Assembly (NCBI GenBank): GCA_000004985.1
Contig: GG739537.1
DNA from: Naegleria gruberi
Taxonomy: Eukaryota
Direction: 5' to 3' (one strand)
DNA: 1,132 nt
Shown: positions 1-1,132 of the stretch, one piece after another
Position numbering within the stretch: the stretch's first letter is position 1
How the letters are laid out: each line of letters begins with the position of its first letter
The notes under the pieces: generated by a model
What the model was told of the DNA's origin: nothing
The model's input: the letters and a program-made list of their open reading frames with translations, nothing else
Database searches by the model: none
Translations under genes and position numbers: made by a program

Positions 1-219
1 TTCACAGACTATCATTATACACGGCCGAAACCGCATATGATTGATCTTACATTTGCATGGCTTAGGCTTTGAGACAAGCATATAGTACTGGCAGGATCAA
101 CCAGGTATCACTGGAGCAAAACGAGTTTTACCTTGTTTGCGCTCCGGTTGGATTTCAAGCGTTCGTTGGTTTGCACCACCTACTGGCTATCCATCCGTTT
201 GCCATTATGAACTCGATTT

Positions 220-249
220 GAGCCTAAACGAATGAATCGTTTGGGTCTC
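220..249 (+). other. 30-nt two-helix hairpin (GAGCCT / GGG-t-CTC outer stem, AAACGA / TCGTTT inner stem, loop ATGAA)
   Basis: Base-pairing is read directly: 220-225 pairs with 243-249 with t246 bulged, 226-231 pairs with 237-242, and the loop is 232-236. Confidence 0.5.
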
Positions 250-272
250 TGAGGTATGGGGTTCCTCTTGCG

Positions 273-342
273 AGGGTTTCCCGCTTAATGCGGGTAATCA
301 ATATTGAAAAACAGCTGGCTCGTCCCGGGTCAAGGGTTTCCC
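273..342 (+). repeat. Direct 10-bp repeat AGGGTTTCCC (273-282 and 333-342) flanking a hairpin CCCGC-ttaat-GCGGG (280-294)
   Basis: Both are exact matches read from the sequence. A CCCGGG palindrome lies at 324-329. Confidence 0.7.
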
Positions 343-372
343 CTCGGTCCAGGCTTCGCTGGCTGTGGTGGT

Positions 373-467
373 AGGGCAGCCCAAAGGGCTGCGGTGGTAG
401 GCTGGTAGGATCTGGGCAGCCCAAAAGGCTGCGGTTTGGCTGTGGGCAGCCCAAAAGGCTGCGGTTG
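373..467. repeat. Tandem array of three hairpin-containing direct repeats (unit ~25 bp, consensus tGGGCAGCCCAAARGGCTGCGGTt)
   Basis: Copy 1 is at 373-396 (hairpin GCAGCCC/GGGCTGC at 376-392, loop AAA). Copy 2 is at 413-436 (hairpin GCAGCC/GGCTGC at 416-432, loop CAAAA). Copy 3 is at 443-466 (hairpin at 446-462). Copies 2 and 3 are identical over 24 bp with a 30-bp period. Copy 1 differs by one A/G substitution and sits 40 bp upstream. Confidence 0.9.
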
Positions 468-593
468 AGGTATCTGAATCGGCCCCAGGGGCAGCGGTTG
501 GGCCGGACGGTTGGGGGGCCCTCCTAGGCTCCCGGGTCACACACGCGGGAGGCTCCCTGGACAGCCCTGGGGTCAGGACTGGCAGCGGGTTGG
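389..593 (+). repeat. Dispersed recurrence of the repeat tail motif GCWGCGG(G)TTGG (5 occurrences)
   Basis: Occurrences are gctgcggtggtagg at 389-402, gctgcggtttgg at 428-439, gctgcggttgagg at 458-470, gcagcggttggg at 491-502 and gcagcgggttgg at 583-593. The last two lack the upstream hairpin half and look like degenerate partial copies. Confidence 0.6.
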
Positions 594-598
594 ACCGT

Positions 599-620
599 TG
601 GCCGTGGGAATGGCCGTGGG
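599..620 (+). repeat. Tandem duplication of a 12-mer (TGGCCGTGGGaa / TGGCCGTGGGtt)
   Basis: tggccgtggg occurs at 599-608 and at 611-620, separated by 'aa'. Confidence 0.85.
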
Positions 621-683
621 TTCTGCCGGCTGGCTGTAGGGTGCCTCGACCGCACGCGTGGCCTGGGTGGGCCAGAGGGCGCG

Positions 684-750
684 TGGCTGGTGGTTGGCTG
701 GCTGGTGGGCTGGTTGGCTGGTGGCGGGTCAGGTTTGGTTGGTTGGTTAG
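684..750 (+). repeat. Imperfect G/T-rich tandem repeat (GCTGGTGG / TGGTTGGCTGG units) ending in (TTGG)3
   Basis: tggttggctgg occurs at 691-701 and 711-721. gctggtgg occurs at 686-693, 701-708 and 717-724. ttggttggttgg occupies 735-746. The block has about 7 C against about 36 G in ~67 nt. Confidence 0.8.
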
Positions 751-774
751 CAGCGCCCCGCAGTTACGCGCTGC
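750..774. other. Hairpin GCAGCGC / GCGCTGC (7-bp stem, 11-nt loop cccgcagttac)
   Basis: The reverse complement of gcagcgc (750-756) is gcgctgc (768-774). Confidence 0.55.
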
Positions 775-781
775 CTTGGCT

Positions 782-800
782 CCCAGCCGCAAGGGCTGGG
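782..800. repeat. Diverged fourth copy of the hairpin motif (CCCAGCC-GCAAG-GGCTGGG; 7-bp stem, 5-nt loop)
   Basis: CAGCCgcaagGGCTG is read directly and resembles the CAGCCcaaaaGGCTG core of the tandem copies. Confidence 0.6.
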
Positions 801-858
801 GGTGCCCACCGACCTTCATCAGGCGGGGAGGGTTACCGACCCCCGGTGTGAACAGCAG

Positions 859-888
859 GCCCCAACGGGTGGTTGACCCATTGGGGGC
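859..888. other. Extended GC-rich stem-loop (GCCCCAA-c-GGGT [GGTTG] ACCC-a-TTGGGGGC)
   Basis: The outer stem pairs 859-865 with 881-888, with one bulged G. The inner stem pairs 867-870 with 876-879. The loop is GGTTG (871-875). About 11 bp are paired in total. Confidence 0.6.
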
Positions 889-903
889 TCCGAAGGGCGT
901 TGA

Positions 904-920
904 TACCCTCGATGAGGGTA
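904..920. other. Hairpin TACCCTC-gat-GAGGGTA (7-bp perfect stem, 3-nt loop)
   Basis: The inverted repeat is perfect: the reverse complement of 904-910 equals 914-920. Confidence 0.6.
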
Positions 921-973
921 ATCCCTTAGGATCCTGCTGTCCGCAAGGTTAGGAACTGAAGTTCAGACATTTC

Positions 974-980
974 GGGGGGG
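974..980 (+). repeat. G7 homopolymer at the island/AT-rich boundary
   Basis: ggggggg at 974-980 is immediately followed by AT-rich sequence. Confidence 0.9.
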
Positions 981-984
981 TCGA

Positions 985-1132
985 TGAACTCGAAAGTAGA
1001 TATGGAAATAACTATAAATAAATAATCTTATAGTGTTTACAATAGAGGTGTCAAAAACGAAAAATCTATTAATATATAAATCCACAAGATATAGTTTACT
1101 GATAAATATGACCATATTTTTGACTGAAATTT
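985..1132. other. AT-rich spacer (roughly 80% A+T) with TATAAAT-like motifs. Apart from the 25 nt at 1108-1132, which are open to the window edge, it holds no ORF above the track's length cut-off and no longer in-frame ATG ORF. It may be intergenic or promoter-bearing
   Basis: ctataaataaataa lies at 1012-1025 and atatataaat at 1074-1083. Stops are dense in the frames checked. atgaccatatttttgactgaaattt at 1108-1132 is open to the window edge (8 codons). Confidence 0.4.

Larger units (their letters stand above)
300..983. repeat. GC-rich repeat and palindrome island between a ~45% GC 5' flank and an AT-rich 3' flank; ends in a G7 run
   Basis: Composition shifts visibly at ~300-360 and abruptly at ~981/985. 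The island contains all repeats listed below. The + strand is strongly G>C over ~590-760. Confidence 0.7.

Noticed and set aside
110-180. tRNA or rRNA fragment in the 5' region (e.g. ggttggatttcaagcgttcgttggtttgcaccacc)
   Set aside because: No cloverleaf can be drawn and there are no GTTCRANYC T-loop or CCA-end features. I recognise no convincing similarity to conserved bacterial 16S/23S/5S segments. A homology search would be needed to claim anything.
224-454. 76-aa ORF on the minus strand (MGCPQPNRSLLGCPDP...)
   Set aside because: It is short, low-complexity and spans the boundary into the hairpin repeats. It overlaps the 173-aa ORF in another frame. Most likely it is spurious.
373-470. 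CRISPR array interpretation of the three ~25-bp palindromic direct repeats
   Set aside because: The inter-repeat sequences are only ~6-16 bp, far too short for spacers. Copy spacing is irregular (40 then 30 bp). The repeats continue as degenerate partial copies. No cas-like coding sequence is present. The pattern fits better with a tandem palindromic repeat or GC cluster.
731-750. Telomere-like repeat (TTGG)n
   Set aside because: There are only three units. They are internal to a broader TGGYTGG repeat and do not match a known telomeric unit. The tract is not at a sequence end in any meaningful sense.
298-819. 173-aa ORF on the minus strand (MKVGGHPQPLRLGAKAARN...)
   Set aside because: It lies entirely within the GC-rich repeat island and is P/A/G/R/T-rich low complexity. 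It contains 'TAAFWAA' twice merely because it reads through the tandem hairpin repeats. It overlaps antisense with the 120-aa + ORF and in a different frame with the 76-aa ORF. There are no recognisable domain motifs. This is the typical stop-codon-poor artefact of high-GC DNA.
324-934. Short perfect palindromes (CCCGGG 324-329, CACGCGTG 653-660, GGATCC 929-934) as specific protein-binding or restriction-related sites
   Set aside because: 6-8-bp palindromes are expected by chance in GC-rich palindromic DNA. There is no spacing or repetition pattern to suggest operator function.
590-952. 120-aa ORF on the plus strand (MDRWPWEWPWVLPAG...)
   Set aside because: It is a W/G/R/P-rich low-complexity translation of the G/T-rich strand. 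It runs through microsatellite-like repeats and hairpins and is antisense to the 173-aa ORF. Nothing around it supports coding.
859-985. Rho-independent terminator call for the GC hairpins
   Set aside because: No hairpin is followed by a U-run on the + strand. The G7 run follows instead, and the AT-rich sequence begins with A/T-mixed sequence. On the minus strand the hairpins are not followed by T-runs either. I therefore left these as 'stem-loops' only.

Overview
This 1132-bp window has no convincing protein-coding gene or canonical RNA gene. It splits into three compositional parts. (1) Positions 1-~300 are moderately GC (~45%), have stop codons in every frame and contain several small hairpins. 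(2) Positions ~300-983 form a very GC-rich island of repeats and palindromes with strong G/T excess on the + strand. It holds three tandem copies of a hairpin-forming ~25-bp repeat (GGGCAGCCCAAARGGCTGCGGT), a diverged fourth copy, five copies of a GCNGCGGTTGG-like tail motif, a duplicated 12-mer, an imperfect (TGGYTGG/TTGG)n tract, and several strong stem-loops. It ends in a G7 run. (3) Positions ~985-1132 are very AT-rich. Apart from the 25 nt at 1108-1132, which are open to the window edge, they hold no ORF above the track's length cut-off and no longer in-frame ATG ORF. The three ORFs in the supplied track all lie inside the GC-rich island. They overlap each other in antisense and translate to low-complexity P/A/G/R/W-rich peptides, so I judge them to be high-GC read-through artefacts rather than genes. 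A GC-rich palindromic island between AT-rich flanks is the architecture of organellar GC clusters (fungal mitochondria, some green-algal organelles) or of an AT-rich eukaryotic genome. I cannot assign an origin from the sequence alone. The supportable interest here is the hairpin-repeat family, a candidate GC-cluster or MITE-like element or processing signal. I see no sign of a novel protein system.
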